Virus record (IMG/VR): IMGVR_UViG_3300032516_000001
Coordinates: 1 to 64,000 of that record
Length of the DNA: 64,000 nt
Reading direction: 5' to 3' (one strand)
In this document: piece by piece, positions 1 to 9,543 of the stretch
How positions within the stretch are numbered: position 1 is the first letter of the stretch
Layout of the letters: every line of letters starts with the position of its first letter
The notes under the pieces: model-generated
Seen by the model: only the letters and a program-made list of their open reading frames with translations
Database searches by the model: none
Told to the model about the DNA's origin: nothing
Position numbers and translations under genes: made by a program

Positions 1-202
1 TCTTCCTTAAATTTCTACCTAATCTCTTTTCTAGACAATCGAAGCACAGTAAGACGTGGGGTTTATTGAAACCAGGAGCTATCGGTAACTTGGATTTTAC
101 TTCCCGATAATTAGGAAATGAAACAGATATTCTTTTATGCATAGGTCATTCCAATTCACATACAGTCATCGTCGGTTAACGAAAGAAGAATAGTGGGCAA
201 AG

Positions 203-646
203 TTATGACTGATAATATAGCCTTGCGGCTATTCTTTTACTAACCACCCAACGACAACGTGAACAAATTCGAGTACCCGGAATCAGATTCTCCTTGGTTT
301 CTTTTCCACACTTCGGGCAAGGATATCGAGGAGACACGAATTTACCAGTACCTCTAGAGCTAGTGGTGATCGTGTTGACATATACTGGCCCCTTATGACT
401 CGCATCGTGAACCGCTATTACTAACTCCCGCATCTTCTTGAGAGTACGAGGCATGCGACTATGGATATCGCATAAGTGGATTGGCCAATTGGCTATTTCT
501 TTCTTATTCGATGCCGCATGTCCACATACACAGCATCCATGCATTCTACAGTATTCTCCATTCCCAATAGCATCTGCTGGACATTCGTGGATGACTGTCC
601 TATCAAGTCCGTCTTCCCATGATTTTTCATATTGACATTTACTCAT
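203..646 (-). CDS. Hypothetical Cys-rich protein with C-terminal Zn ribbon
   Basis: CxxC pairs; module PRYPCPKCGKETKE..I.GTRICS.CR also found in 50306..50563. Confidence 0.6.
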   Translation of the reverse strand: MSKCQYEKSWEDGLDRTVIHECPADAIGNGEYCRMHGCCVCGHAASNKKEIANWPIHLCDIHSRMPRTLKKMRELVIAVHDASHKGPVYVNTITTSSRGTGKFVSPRYPCPKCGKETKENLIPGTRICSRCRWVVSKRIAARLYYQS

Positions 647-810
647 TGTCGTCCCTTTAGTTTTTCCAGTAGCTCGTGTTCTTCACAAATGGCATCCCCG
701 ACAGCATCTTTAGCATTCAACGCTGCGACCCCACTAATTTTTCACTGAATTCAAACCGTCCCATATAACAGTACATTCGAAAATTTGCCGTTTCTGGTGT
801 ATTTATCATC

Positions 811-1380
811 ATGGGACTACATCTTAGGACTCCTAACAGGCCTCATTCAGCTAGAGTATCCAGTGTGGTGATATATGCCCAGGATGGGGGAATATACGAT
901 TTTGGTCGCGGTAAAAATAAATTTCATATTCAGAGTCAAAGGTTTATCATTTTCTCAGTAAGCTGTGAAGGTGTAATGCTGCAATGTGAATTTTCCATTG
1001 AAGAAAGGTGGACAGACTATAAGAGACGACAGAAGGACCTCAGCTGCCGCCCCAGTGCATTCGGGCCTCCTATGGATCACACCATCTGTCTAGCACGAAA
1101 GGAATTTCATCATAATAACGTATTCGGGAATAGCAATGTCAAATATGAGACATGCATGTTAATCAAAGCATTTGATACTGCTTCAAAAGATGTGGCTATG
1201 GATATCTTCCAAATTATATTCCATGAATTGATTCTTAATCCGGAAATCGAGGATTATTTTGAAAATCCGAATCACGAGCCAGGATTCATCGAAACCTGGG
1301 TTCCAGAGTATTTCAAGTCTCGGATTAGGTTAATCATGCAGGAACGGGAGCGAAAGGTCGAGGAAGTTCACAAAGCCTGA
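811..1380 (+). CDS. Hypothetical protein, C-terminal tag family
   Basis: 189 aa ORF ending KVEEVHKA. Confidence 0.6.
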   Translation: MGLHLRTPNRPHSARVSSVVIYAQDGGIYDFGRGKNKFHIQSQRFIIFSVSCEGVMLQCEFSIEERWTDYKRRQKDLSCRPSAFGPPMDHTICLARKEFHHNNVFGNSNVKYETCMLIKAFDTASKDVAMDIFQIIFHELILNPEIEDYFENPNHEPGFIETWVPEYFKSRIRLIMQERERKVEEVHKA

Positions 1381-1411
1381 AAATTTAGCATATTGTTGTG
1401 TACGATAATTT

Positions 1412-1735
1412 ATGAATTTCCTACTGATTCTCTTCCTGATAGTGCTTCCAACTCTCGATGTTTTTAATCAGGGGCCTGAGAGGCTACAGGCGTCTGTCCA
1501 ACCACAGGTAGCACCTGTCAAGGCACAAATCGATTGCTCTGGACTCTTGTCCCAACGAGAATTTGGGCAGATTGATGGTCATCGGATCATGGTGAATGGC
1601 CAGTATGCCGTAGGTCAGTTTATCGGTAAAAGCTTTGTTCCGGTGTTGTACTTTAACACACTGGATGAGGCGACTTCTTGTGCTCCAGATATGGAAGTAG
1701 CTAAGTGGCATAACGGGACTTGGGTACACCCTTAG
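1412..1735 (+). CDS. Hypothetical secreted or membrane-anchored protein
   Basis: Hydrophobic N-terminus MNFLLILFLIVL; TACGAT-N5-ATG upstream. Confidence 0.65.
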   Translation: MNFLLILFLIVLPTLDVFNQGPERLQASVQPQVAPVKAQIDCSGLLSQREFGQIDGHRIMVNGQYAVGQFIGKSFVPVLYFNTLDEATSCAPDMEVAKWHNGTWVHP

Positions 1736-1782
1736 TGTCTAAAAGAAACAACAGCACCAAAAGGAGACGTCAGGTTGAATTA

Positions 1783-2235
1783 ATGAAAGTTAAAAATATA
1801 TATAAAATGCTTGGCATAGCTGGACCGATAGGTCCGATGCCGCAGGTATACAATGGTATTGAATGCGTCGTATCACACTTCAAATCATGCCTTCCGAAAT
1901 TCGTTCAGAGAATTTATTTAATAAGCTTACCAACCGTGTCCATCTTTACATGGAAGGAAGTCATTTACGATGACTCGGAATGGCACGACACAAATGCTTT
2001 CCCGATCAAAATCTTTTGTATTATGCACAGAAGACTATCATGTTCATGTAAGAATTTATATATTTTACATATGTGTCTTGATCCTGATGAAGGCATAGCG
2101 ATTGCTATGGGCGGTAGGCGACAGCCTAATACTTGGCAATACAATCCTCATTCATGGTGTGTGCGCATATGCGCTAAAGAAGCCATGAAAAAGAAAATTG
2201 ATGAGTTTTCAGTTTATCATATACACGAAGCCTAG
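1783..2235 (+). CDS. Hypothetical protein, C-terminal tag family
   Basis: ATG at 1783 preferred; ends SVYHIHEA. Confidence 0.55.
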   Translation: MKVKNIYKMLGIAGPIGPMPQVYNGIECVVSHFKSCLPKFVQRIYLISLPTVSIFTWKEVIYDDSEWHDTNAFPIKIFCIMHRRLSCSCKNLYILHMCLDPDEGIAIAMGGRRQPNTWQYNPHSWCVRICAKEAMKKKIDEFSVYHIHEA

Positions 2236-2251
2236 AATGTAAGTTTTAAAG

Positions 2252-3676
2252 TTGGGTAAAAATTTCAAAGAATTCCCAGACCTGACCGGCGAGAAGTTTG
2301 GTAAATTCACAGTCATATCTTTAGTAAAAGTGGATCCTAATAATGGGCGAATTTGGCTAGTTAGATGCGATTGTGGACAGGAATCATACAAGTCTACTTG
2401 CAAAATTAACACATTAAAGAAAAATAAAACACCAACAGCATGTAATAAATGTCGTGTTAGAGGACGAGATATTACTGGTGAAAAATTTGGCAAATTCACA
2501 GTCATATCTTTGAAAGGCGTTGATGCGAAGAAAGGACGAATTTGGCTAGTTAGATGCGATTGTGGACGGGAATTCCATAAATTTGCGGGACAAATAACCT
2601 CATTAAAGAAACGTACTGCGTTTCCAATGTGCAGGAAGTGTCGTGTTAAACAACGAGATCTAACAGGAACGAAAATCGGTAAATTCACAGTCATCTCTTT
2701 TGACAGGATGGACGAAATCCGAGGTCAAATGTGGCTGATTAGATGTGACTGCGGAAATGAGATATATAAATCTACTGGTGATATTACCGATCTGTCGAAA
2801 CATACCGATCCGGCATGTATTGAATGTGCCAAAATCAGAAGAAAAACGTGGGCGTGTAAAGACATAACGGGACAGAAGTTTGACAAATTAATAGCAATTA
2901 AACCAATTGGCGGTAGCAAATATGGCCAAATGTGGCTAGTTAGATGCGATTGTGGTATTGAGACGCATCGTGTTGTCAGCCAATTGAATGCAGGACGTAA
3001 GGCTGAACGTGGCCAGATGTGTATTGAATGCAGAAATGCAAAATTCGCCGAGAGTAGAGATCGTGGGTCTAGCACTAGTTACAGATTAGATAGAATAAGA
3101 TTAAGAAAGATGGCTGGACCATTAATATTGGAGATGGATCCACTCATAGATCAAAATCTAGGATCGCATGAAGCATTTCGGAATGAGCTAATGTATGATT
3201 TGGAACAGGAAATCTGTCCTCGCCGTGGTTGGCTGGATGAAAGAGAAATTCCCGGGTTGAGTGCAGATTTTGATGACACTATTACAGCTAGCAATTTTCC
3301 GGAATATGTCGATGTAAATATAGAAAGACCGGAAGTACAAATTGAGAACGAATTAGATGAGGATGATGACGAGATGATATACAGAGTTAGGCCAGACGGA
3401 ACTATCGAAACCGACAATGTCGAAGAAGCTTTACGTCTATCTCGTATATTAAGCAATGCTCCTGAGCGGACAAGAGCTACGGAACAAGAAATCATTGATA
3501 CCGTCCAGAGATTCTTTGCAAATCAACAATTCACATCTAAACAGTTGTCCGATAAGTTGGGATTCGATTCGGGTACTGCCGTTAGAGAGGGACTGAGACT
3601 TCTTCACATCAAGAAGTGGATTAAGAAACACAGAAGCAGCGATGGCACATGCTTCGTATGGGAGCTAGTTAAATGA
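2252..3676 (+). CDS. Protein with four DxTGxKFGK..W.xRCDCG repeats and probable C-terminal winged HTH
   Basis: Four ~70-aa repeats of the type found N-terminal to phage HNH/AP2 endonucleases; C-terminus FTSKQLSDKLG..VREGLRLL looks like a wHTH; no nuclease motif seen. Confidence 0.7.
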   Translation: MGKNFKEFPDLTGEKFGKFTVISLVKVDPNNGRIWLVRCDCGQESYKSTCKINTLKKNKTPTACNKCRVRGRDITGEKFGKFTVISLKGVDAKKGRIWLVRCDCGREFHKFAGQITSLKKRTAFPMCRKCRVKQRDLTGTKIGKFTVISFDRMDEIRGQMWLIRCDCGNEIYKSTGDITDLSKHTDPACIECAKIRRKTWACKDITGQKFDKLIAIKPIGGSKYGQMWLVRCDCGIETHRVVSQLNAGRKAERGQMCIECRNAKFAESRDRGSSTSYRLDRIRLRKMAGPLILEMDPLIDQNLGSHEAFRNELMYDLEQEICPRRGWLDEREIPGLSADFDDTITASNFPEYVDVNIERPEVQIENELDEDDDEMIYRVRPDGTIETDNVEEALRLSRILSNAPERTRATEQEIIDTVQRFFANQQFTSKQLSDKLGFDSGTAVREGLRLLHIKKWIKKHRSSDGTCFVWELVK

Positions 3677-4284
3677 AGCGTTCGATATTCGATGAATACC
3701 TAAAGACTGTCGATTTCGAATGTCTGAAAATTGAGTTATCGCGCAGGCAGAAAAATTGCAAAGGAAACACCATTAGAGTAACCCCAAGTAACATGACTAT
3801 GGAGTATACTGACGAAAAGCGTAAGTATACTCAATCCTTTACTCCATCGGTTTGTTTTCTCGTGGATTATTGGGAAAATGGATATCATTTGTTTTTTGGT
3901 TTCCGTGACACTGTGTTGGGGAAGCGATACCTTGGTTCTGACGGAAGAAGTTGTAGAATCACCAAAAAATTCAATGACCAAGTATGTTTCAATGTCGTAA
4001 TGATGGCTCTTTTCATCGCTTTTGATGAATCCGGTGACTCAAAGTTATCCGATATTAAGAAATTTCCTGATTTACGATTAGTTACGGAATTTCTACCAAA
4101 GAAATTTTGGAAGATATTCGATTTAATTAAGAAAGAGTTCCCATTAGCACTGGATCAAAAGATCGCGCAATCACTTTATAGAATCCGCGAAGAATTTAAG
4201 ATCCTTCATAAATATGATGTTGATTTCAAACGAGTAACTCAAACATGGAATGAATCAATGGTTTCGAATGTGATGGACGGATAA
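3673..4284 (+). CDS. Hypothetical protein, C-terminal tag family
   Basis: ATGA overlap with previous gene; ends MVSNVMDG. Confidence 0.65.
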   Translation: MKRSIFDEYLKTVDFECLKIELSRRQKNCKGNTIRVTPSNMTMEYTDEKRKYTQSFTPSVCFLVDYWENGYHLFFGFRDTVLGKRYLGSDGRSCRITKKFNDQVCFNVVMMALFIAFDESGDSKLSDIKKFPDLRLVTEFLPKKFWKIFDLIKKEFPLALDQKIAQSLYRIREEFKILHKYDVDFKRVTQTWNESMVSNVMDG

Positions 4285-4482
4285 CTACGCTCCGTATATA
4301 ACTAGATGGGATACGAGTTTGATAATGTCCATGCGATCCATTTCCATCAGTTTAATAAATCTTCCTGTATCCTTTTGTACATATTTAGCCAAGGCATCAA
4401 TCTGAACCAGTGATAACCTCAAATCTTTATCCCAATGGATCGCCATCGCCATCGCCATCGATAGGTTGTGCGGTTGATCCAT
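4285..4482 (-). CDS. Hypothetical protein
   Basis: 65 aa ORF filling the gap between + strand genes. Confidence 0.4.
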   Translation of the reverse strand: MDQPHNLSMAMAMAIHWDKDLRLSLVQIDALAKYVQKDTGRFIKLMEMDRMDIIKLVSHLVIYGA

Positions 4483-4504
4483 ATCTCAAGCGGCCAATAA
4501 AATT

Positions 4505-4891
4505 ATGAAGATACTTGTAACAGGAAGCAGGACTTGGACCGATGAACTCATTATTATCCGGGAATTATCAAAATTCCCGCCAGGTACGATAGTGGTCCAC
4601 GGTGCGGCTCGGGGACTCGATTCGTTGGCTGATAAAATCGCTAGATCCTTTGGACTTATTCCACGTTCTTACCCAATAACAACAGAAGATTGGAATAGAC
4701 TAGGTCCGAGGGCAGGCGGGCTTCGAAATTCGGCCATGCTAAAATATGAGAACCCCGACAAAGATGGCGTAGGCATCGATTTATGCTTAGCATTCACAGA
4801 TGATTATTTAGAGAACAGCAGGGGGACCAATGACATGGTTAAAAAAGCTATGCGTGCCGGCATCAAAACTAAGATTGTGGAAACAGTATGA
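4505..4891 (+). CDS. SLOG superfamily (YspA/DUF2493-like) protein
   Basis: ILVTGSR..VVHGAARGLD..AGGLRNSAML..SRGTNDMV motifs. Confidence 0.85.
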   Translation: MKILVTGSRTWTDELIIIRELSKFPPGTIVVHGAARGLDSLADKIARSFGLIPRSYPITTEDWNRLGPRAGGLRNSAMLKYENPDKDGVGIDLCLAFTDDYLENSRGTNDMVKKAMRAGIKTKIVETV

Positions 4892-5178
4892 GAGAAATTA
4901 GGAGCCGATCATGGTCTATGACAGGTAGTATCGAGCACATTGATCATATAAGATGCTGGCATTTTGATGCGGATACGGGTAATGACTGTAAGAACATGTC
5001 ATTGGTGGCATGGTGGACATTTGCCAAACAGGGCGAAGAACATAACGGGTCACACATACTAGGATATTGTGAAAAGCACAAGGATGAGATCCCGAGCCTT
5101 AGAGATTTCGCAGTCGGAGTTACTTGTAAACGTGTTTCAGAAGAAGACTCTGCGTTGTATACTGTCATGGCATCCTAA
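4888..5178 (+). CDS. Small Cys/His protein, C-terminal tag family
   Basis: C..C..CEKH pattern; ends LYTVMAS. Confidence 0.6.
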   Translation: MREIRSRSWSMTGSIEHIDHIRCWHFDADTGNDCKNMSLVAWWTFAKQGEEHNGSHILGYCEKHKDEIPSLRDFAVGVTCKRVSEEDSALYTVMAS

Positions 5179-5190
5179 ATCTGAGGTAGT

Positions 5191-5487
5191 ATGACTAAAG
5201 ACAAAGTGCTCGAAGTTTTGAAACTCTATAAAGAGCAACTCCAAACCCATTACAAGCCAATCCGTTTGACAGATCAGAAATGGCGTACCATCAGTCCTTT
5301 TAGTAGCTCCGTTAGTGGAGAATGGTTTGGGGAAGTGCTAGATCATGTTCTATGGATGTGCGATGAAATACCAAAATTCGATGATTTAGAAAAGATCATG
5401 CGTTGGCTCGGTTACATACAAGGTGTTCTACATGTGACTGGGCATTATACCTTAGATGAATTAAGGGAGCAGTGTCGGACTAAATGA
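5191..5487 (+). CDS. Conserved phage hypothetical protein
   Basis: SD GAGGT; EKIMRWLGYIQGVL motif recalled from phage proteins. Confidence 0.7.
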   Translation: MTKDKVLEVLKLYKEQLQTHYKPIRLTDQKWRTISPFSSSVSGEWFGEVLDHVLWMCDEIPKFDDLEKIMRWLGYIQGVLHVTGHYTLDELREQCRTK

Positions 5488-5663
5488 AGACTGTAACAAA
5501 AGGAGCTAGTAGAGCTAAACGTCTTGTAAAAGGAGGAGATTTAGAATACCTGAAGAAGTCAGCCCATCGAAAGTCACGAAGACAAACTAAGCAACAGGTA
5601 AAAGATGGTAAAGACGAAGAGGTGTTTGAGAAACCTCTCGTGACTGGATGGGATGTAGCATAG
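5484..5663 (+). CDS. Small basic protein (59 aa, not in ORF track)
   Basis: ATGA overlap; MKTVTKGASRAKRL...KPLVTGWDVA. Confidence 0.6.
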   Translation: MKTVTKGASRAKRLVKGGDLEYLKKSAHRKSRRQTKQQVKDGKDEEVFEKPLVTGWDVA

Positions 5664-5665
5664 AG

Positions 5666-6313
5666 CTAAGATTGCGGGAACAGTTTTAGCTGCTTTCCGT
5701 GTTGCTCGATTCTAATACCTTTGATGATTCCTTTGAACAACCAAACAGATAGGCTTTGCCTTGCAGATGCGTTAGTTGCATAATGATGACTGAGTTGCTT
5801 GATAGCGTCATCAAGAGCGATCCCCGGTTTAGATCCGACTAAATACCTAAGAGCATCGCACGTAGACTGAAAAGGAGTCCATCTTTGTCCGAATCTCGAT
5901 CCGGCTTTACAATAGGTCTTATGTTCTGGTCGTAATGAATTAAGAATCTTGGTAGCCTCTGATTTTCTGTGTAATGGAGCATTTTCTTGCTCACGCACAC
6001 TCATCGTTTTCTTGTTTACCAATAATACTCCGAATCCGTAGTCTCGGCATATTCTATACGCGAAATGTCTGGCACTATCATGTGAATATGGGACCGCAAT
6101 ATATATGTAGTTTGCCAATCTTTTCCATCCATAAGCCTGGTGCAGTAAGCTGATGGTTAGTGATGTTTTAACTTCGACGACAGTAACAATTTTACCTAAA
6201 ACAGCGATAATGTCAGCGCATCCTCCGCAGATTTTGACTTCCTGATATACATCATATTTTTGATCTTCAAAATACGCTATGACTGGTTCAGCCAGTTCAA
6301 CTTCACTTGGCAT
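5666..6313 (-). CDS. PD-(D/E)XK nuclease-like protein
   Basis: YQEV..ADIIA..VVEVKTSL...QA motif. Confidence 0.75.
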   Translation of the reverse strand: MPSEVELAEPVIAYFEDQKYDVYQEVKICGGCADIIAVLGKIVTVVEVKTSLTISLLHQAYGWKRLANYIYIAVPYSHDSARHFAYRICRDYGFGVLLVNKKTMSVREQENAPLHRKSEATKILNSLRPEHKTYCKAGSRFGQRWTPFQSTCDALRYLVGSKPGIALDDAIKQLSHHYATNASARQSLSVWLFKGIIKGIRIEQHGKQLKLFPQS

Positions 6314-6357
6314 GTTTCACCGTACGATGAGATAAACGATTAAATGTATGATATCAT

Positions 6358-6726
6358 ATGCAAACTAAATTTTACTACATAAGAGACAAAAAATTGTTTC
6401 CTATTGCCTGTATCGCGTTCTCTCGAGAAAATCGCGATAGCCTATCAATTAAATACGGATGGTCAGTATATCATCCGAATGATACCTTCGATAAGAAACG
6501 GGCGAGAGCAATTGCTGAAGCCCGTATGAATAAACTACAGTATTCGACACAAGCTGCCGAGCCGAAGGTTAACGCAGTACTTGATGCTATTTTTGCCGAC
6601 TTGTTCAAGATTAACGAACTACAAACAGTATGCGGATCTGACGGGCCTGATCTCCCATATCTTCCATCCCGCATGCTTAAACAATTAAAACGAAATATTG
6701 ACAAGAAACGTGCGGCCGTTGTATAA
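6358..6726 (+). CDS. Hypothetical phage protein
   Basis: HPNDTFDKKRARAIA motif; TATGAT-N5-ATG upstream. Confidence 0.7.
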   Translation: MQTKFYYIRDKKLFPIACIAFSRENRDSLSIKYGWSVYHPNDTFDKKRARAIAEARMNKLQYSTQAAEPKVNAVLDAIFADLFKINELQTVCGSDGPDLPYLPSRMLKQLKRNIDKKRAAVV

Positions 6727-6800
6727 TATCTTATAGGTGCGATGTTGCACCTAATCCCAGGCTTCGCGCCCGGGATAAACTCACTAACGGCGAAGGCCAA

Positions 6801-8006
6801 ATGGTGGGACGAAAAGATCCAGAAGCCACTGTAAGTGGCATGCCACGCGGAACGGCGAACTCTAAGTTGCGCAAGAAGATTCTATTCGAACTTCTTCGCA
6901 AAATTGGAGCAAACAAATGCCGACATTGCGGGTTGGACATCGTACTATCTGAGGACCTAGCCATAGAGCATTTACAGGATTGGAAGGACAATCAAGACCT
7001 GTTTTGGATGCTCAACAATATTGCCTTCAGTCATCTGGATTGTAGTTCAGGTGCAGCACGGCAAGAGGGTAAGTCAATGATAGCTGATATCAGAATCACG
7101 GGCGAGAATGGCGAACAATTTCCGACCTTCTATCATGAAGGCAAGATTTATGTCGCTGCTCGCAAAGACGAACGTTATAGTGTTCACATTCGAAACAAGA
7201 TAAGTGAAAGAATTGAAGTCGTAATCTCGGTTGATGGGCGAGATGCGATTTCTGGAGAAGTCGGGGATGCGACTAGAACTGGATATGCTATTCCCGCATA
7301 CGGAACGGCAGTCATTCGGGGATTCCGGCAGAGTAATGAAAAGGTAGCGGCATTCAGATTTGCCGATAAACCTGAGAGCTACAGCGCTAAGCTCGGCACT
7401 CCACAAAACGTTGGAGTCATCGGGGTAGCCGTCTATCGAGAAAAACAAGAGCCTTGGTACTGGCCAGTTGTTGTATCCCCGCCTTGCGTACAACCGTATC
7501 CATGGCGTTGTCGGCCTGGGGTAACATGGTTTTCAGCCAATGCTGACAAGTGGGAAGGAGCCATGGGCTCCTCTGAAGTCAAGACAAGCGACGTTTTACG
7601 ATCGGTGAGCATGCCGGCCAGTAATGGCGGTGGGGGAACATATTCATGCAATACGATGAGTATGAATGGCCCCGGTGAACCAGTAGGTGCCGCCTCTGCC
7701 TCTGCTGTGGATTCGGACGAACTGTGCTTTAATGAAGAGCGGAGTTATGAGCCGACACAGCAACGCCAAACGCTCGGAACCGAGTATGGCGAGAGCATTC
7801 GTGATAGAGTGTCATCCACCATGTTCATTCGCGCATCTTCGGATCCGGCTGAAGTCTGGCAAGTGTTTTATGATACTATGTCCGCTCTCCGTAAAAAGGG
7901 CATCCCGACTCATAAATGGCGTAGACAGGATAAGCCAGTTACGCCGGATCCATTCCCGGCCAATCCTTATATAGCACCAGGCTACGCTAAGCCACCGCCA
8001 CGCTAG
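6801..8006 (+). CDS. HNH-like N-terminal domain in frame with an uncharacterised domain (probable second start at 7077)
   Basis: GMPRGTA..LRKKILF..CRHC..IEH..NIAFSH..C; SD GAGGGT before ATG 7077; downstream RYSVHIRN..EVVISVDGRDAISG..GVIGVAVYRE. Confidence 0.7.
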   Translation: MVGRKDPEATVSGMPRGTANSKLRKKILFELLRKIGANKCRHCGLDIVLSEDLAIEHLQDWKDNQDLFWMLNNIAFSHLDCSSGAARQEGKSMIADIRITGENGEQFPTFYHEGKIYVAARKDERYSVHIRNKISERIEVVISVDGRDAISGEVGDATRTGYAIPAYGTAVIRGFRQSNEKVAAFRFADKPESYSAKLGTPQNVGVIGVAVYREKQEPWYWPVVVSPPCVQPYPWRCRPGVTWFSANADKWEGAMGSSEVKTSDVLRSVSMPASNGGGGTYSCNTMSMNGPGEPVGAASASAVDSDELCFNEERSYEPTQQRQTLGTEYGESIRDRVSSTMFIRASSDPAEVWQVFYDTMSALRKKGIPTHKWRRQDKPVTPDPFPANPYIAPGYAKPPPR

Positions 8007-8019
8007 ATATGAGGTCGTC

Positions 8020-8193
8020 ATGCAATGCTCAATGATTTCAACCAACGGGGCATCGATTTCGTGCTGCACGTGTCCGATGCGATATTGTTGCCCGGCAATG
8101 CGAATGGTAAATCCACCGTATCCGTGGGTAAATCCACCGTATCCGTGGGTATACCCGCCGCAACCGTGGGATCCATATTGGATATCTAGATAG
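8020..8193 (+). CDS. Small Cys- and Pro/Trp-rich peptide (57 aa, not in ORF track)
   Basis: SD GAGGT; ...CCTCPMRYCC..VNPPYPWVNPPYPWVYPPQPW; explains the 21-bp tandem repeat. Confidence 0.55.
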   Translation: MQCSMISTNGASISCCTCPMRYCCPAMRMVNPPYPWVNPPYPWVYPPQPWDPYWISR

Positions 8194-8202
8194 TGAAACA
8201 AT

Positions 8203-8232
8203 CAATGAGGGCCCCGTACGGGGCCCTCATTG
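8203..8232. terminator. Perfect 30-bp palindrome, probable terminator or operator
   Basis: CAATGAGGGCCCCGTACGGGGCCCTCATTG is its own reverse complement. Confidence 0.7.
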
Positions 8233-8243
8233 TAATTTGTGAT

Positions 8244-8480
8244 ATGAAGATAATAAAACTAGGGAGTTGGTTTGTTTCAAATCCTCAAGTTTTGCAAAGA
8301 CCTAATCGTTCAGATATAATATTCTTAAATTTACCAAATACTCCGTCGCCGTTTCCAAAAATCGGGCTTACAGCAACGATACATATTGAAGCCCAAGCTG
8401 GTTATGGGAAGGACTGGCTTATTCAAAATTTTGGATTTGAAGAATCTGATATTGAATTCTGTAAATCCAATATCCATTAA
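8244..8480 (+). CDS. Hypothetical protein
   Basis: TAATTT-N5-ATG at 8244. Confidence 0.6.
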   Translation: MKIIKLGSWFVSNPQVLQRPNRSDIIFLNLPNTPSPFPKIGLTATIHIEAQAGYGKDWLIQNFGFEESDIEFCKSNIH

Positions 8481-8559
8481 TGTACGCTAAAACGTGGCTG
8501 AAATAGATAAGAAATTGCGAATTAAAGAAACTCCTTGACGAGGCTAAGGATTTTACTAA

Positions 8560-8874
8560 ATGAAAAAAATGATTTTTGCATTTGAAAGTGGAGATGTGAT
8601 CTCCCATTGGTGTGCGGAAGCCTATTTTCAGCAAAGTCGGCCAAATTTAATGAACGGTATTACCATCAACTTCGTAGGTGGGTCCCTAGGTATTCCTGAT
8701 CAACTCGGGAAAATGGTGGGAATGGCGGTCCACGAATATGGCAACAGTGGTAAGAATATCATGTATCAAGAACTTCAAAGAGTCATTGAACACAGCATAC
8801 AATGTGGGATAAATCGGAATGAAATATTGTGTCTAGTTGATGAGATTATCGTAGCTGGAATAATGACTTCATAG
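8560..8874 (+). CDS. Hypothetical protein, C-terminal tag family
   Basis: Ends DEIIVAGIMTS. Confidence 0.6.
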   Translation: MKKMIFAFESGDVISHWCAEAYFQQSRPNLMNGITINFVGGSLGIPDQLGKMVGMAVHEYGNSGKNIMYQELQRVIEHSIQCGINRNEILCLVDEIIVAGIMTS

Positions 8875-9061
8875 ATGGTGGTTTACTTGGTGGAGTTAAT
8901 GGCTCATAGTGATGTTCGATTTGGTCTGAATAAGATAACTGACACGATCCATCGTCAAATTGAATCTCCCACAATATATCATCCTTACATACTCTTTTAA
9001 GTATACCGATCCTTCCGGTTATTCTATTCCTGACTTTTATGTCTTCTTTGATCCAGTTCAT
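8846..9061 (-). CDS. Small hypothetical protein, possibly SH3-like
   Basis: KVRNRITGRIGIL..WEIQFDDG. Confidence 0.5.
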   Translation of the reverse strand: MNWIKEDIKVRNRITGRIGILKRVCKDDILWEIQFDDGSCQLSYSDQIEHHYEPLTPPSKPPSMKSLFQLR

Positions 9062-9196
9062 ATAAGGAAGAGATTTTAGAATGGGATTTATTGGTTATTT
9101 CATATTATACACGTCAATCTTCGTATTGACTATAATTGGGTCATTGTTTCTTATTTATAGATCGCCTGATTAAACCCATTATTGAATGTATTCAAT

Positions 9197-9520
9197 ATGA
9201 AGTTGGACAGGATTGCCAACCGTATTATATCTAAGATAGACATACCAAAGGATACCGTTATTAAATTTGATAAAGGATTGTTTGACGCATCCATCGTTGC
9301 CCTAAAGAATAGAAATTTTAAAGATGGTCTCAGTACCCTAAACGATGGATTGCAAAGTATTATAAATATGATGCATAAATTGAGTAAATACTCCGATAAT
9401 GAGATGAATAAGGCAAGACGCGGAAGAAATATCAGAAAAGACATTGATGAAGCGGCTTTGGCATTAACTAAAGCGTCAGAAATTATTAATCGCATTAAAG
9501 ATAACCTCGGTGAAGTTTGA
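9197..9520 (+). CDS. Hypothetical helical protein
   Basis: MKLDRIANRII N-terminus. Confidence 0.6.
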   Translation: MKLDRIANRIISKIDIPKDTVIKFDKGLFDASIVALKNRNFKDGLSTLNDGLQSIINMMHKLSKYSDNEMNKARRGRNIRKDIDEAALALTKASEIINRIKDNLGEV

Positions 9521-9543
9521 CAAGTGTAATATCCTTTATACCT

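Noticed and set aside
8107-8170. 21-bp tandem repeat as a mini CRISPR array
   Set aside because: No spacers; the period is a multiple of 3 and it encodes VNPPYPW repeats.
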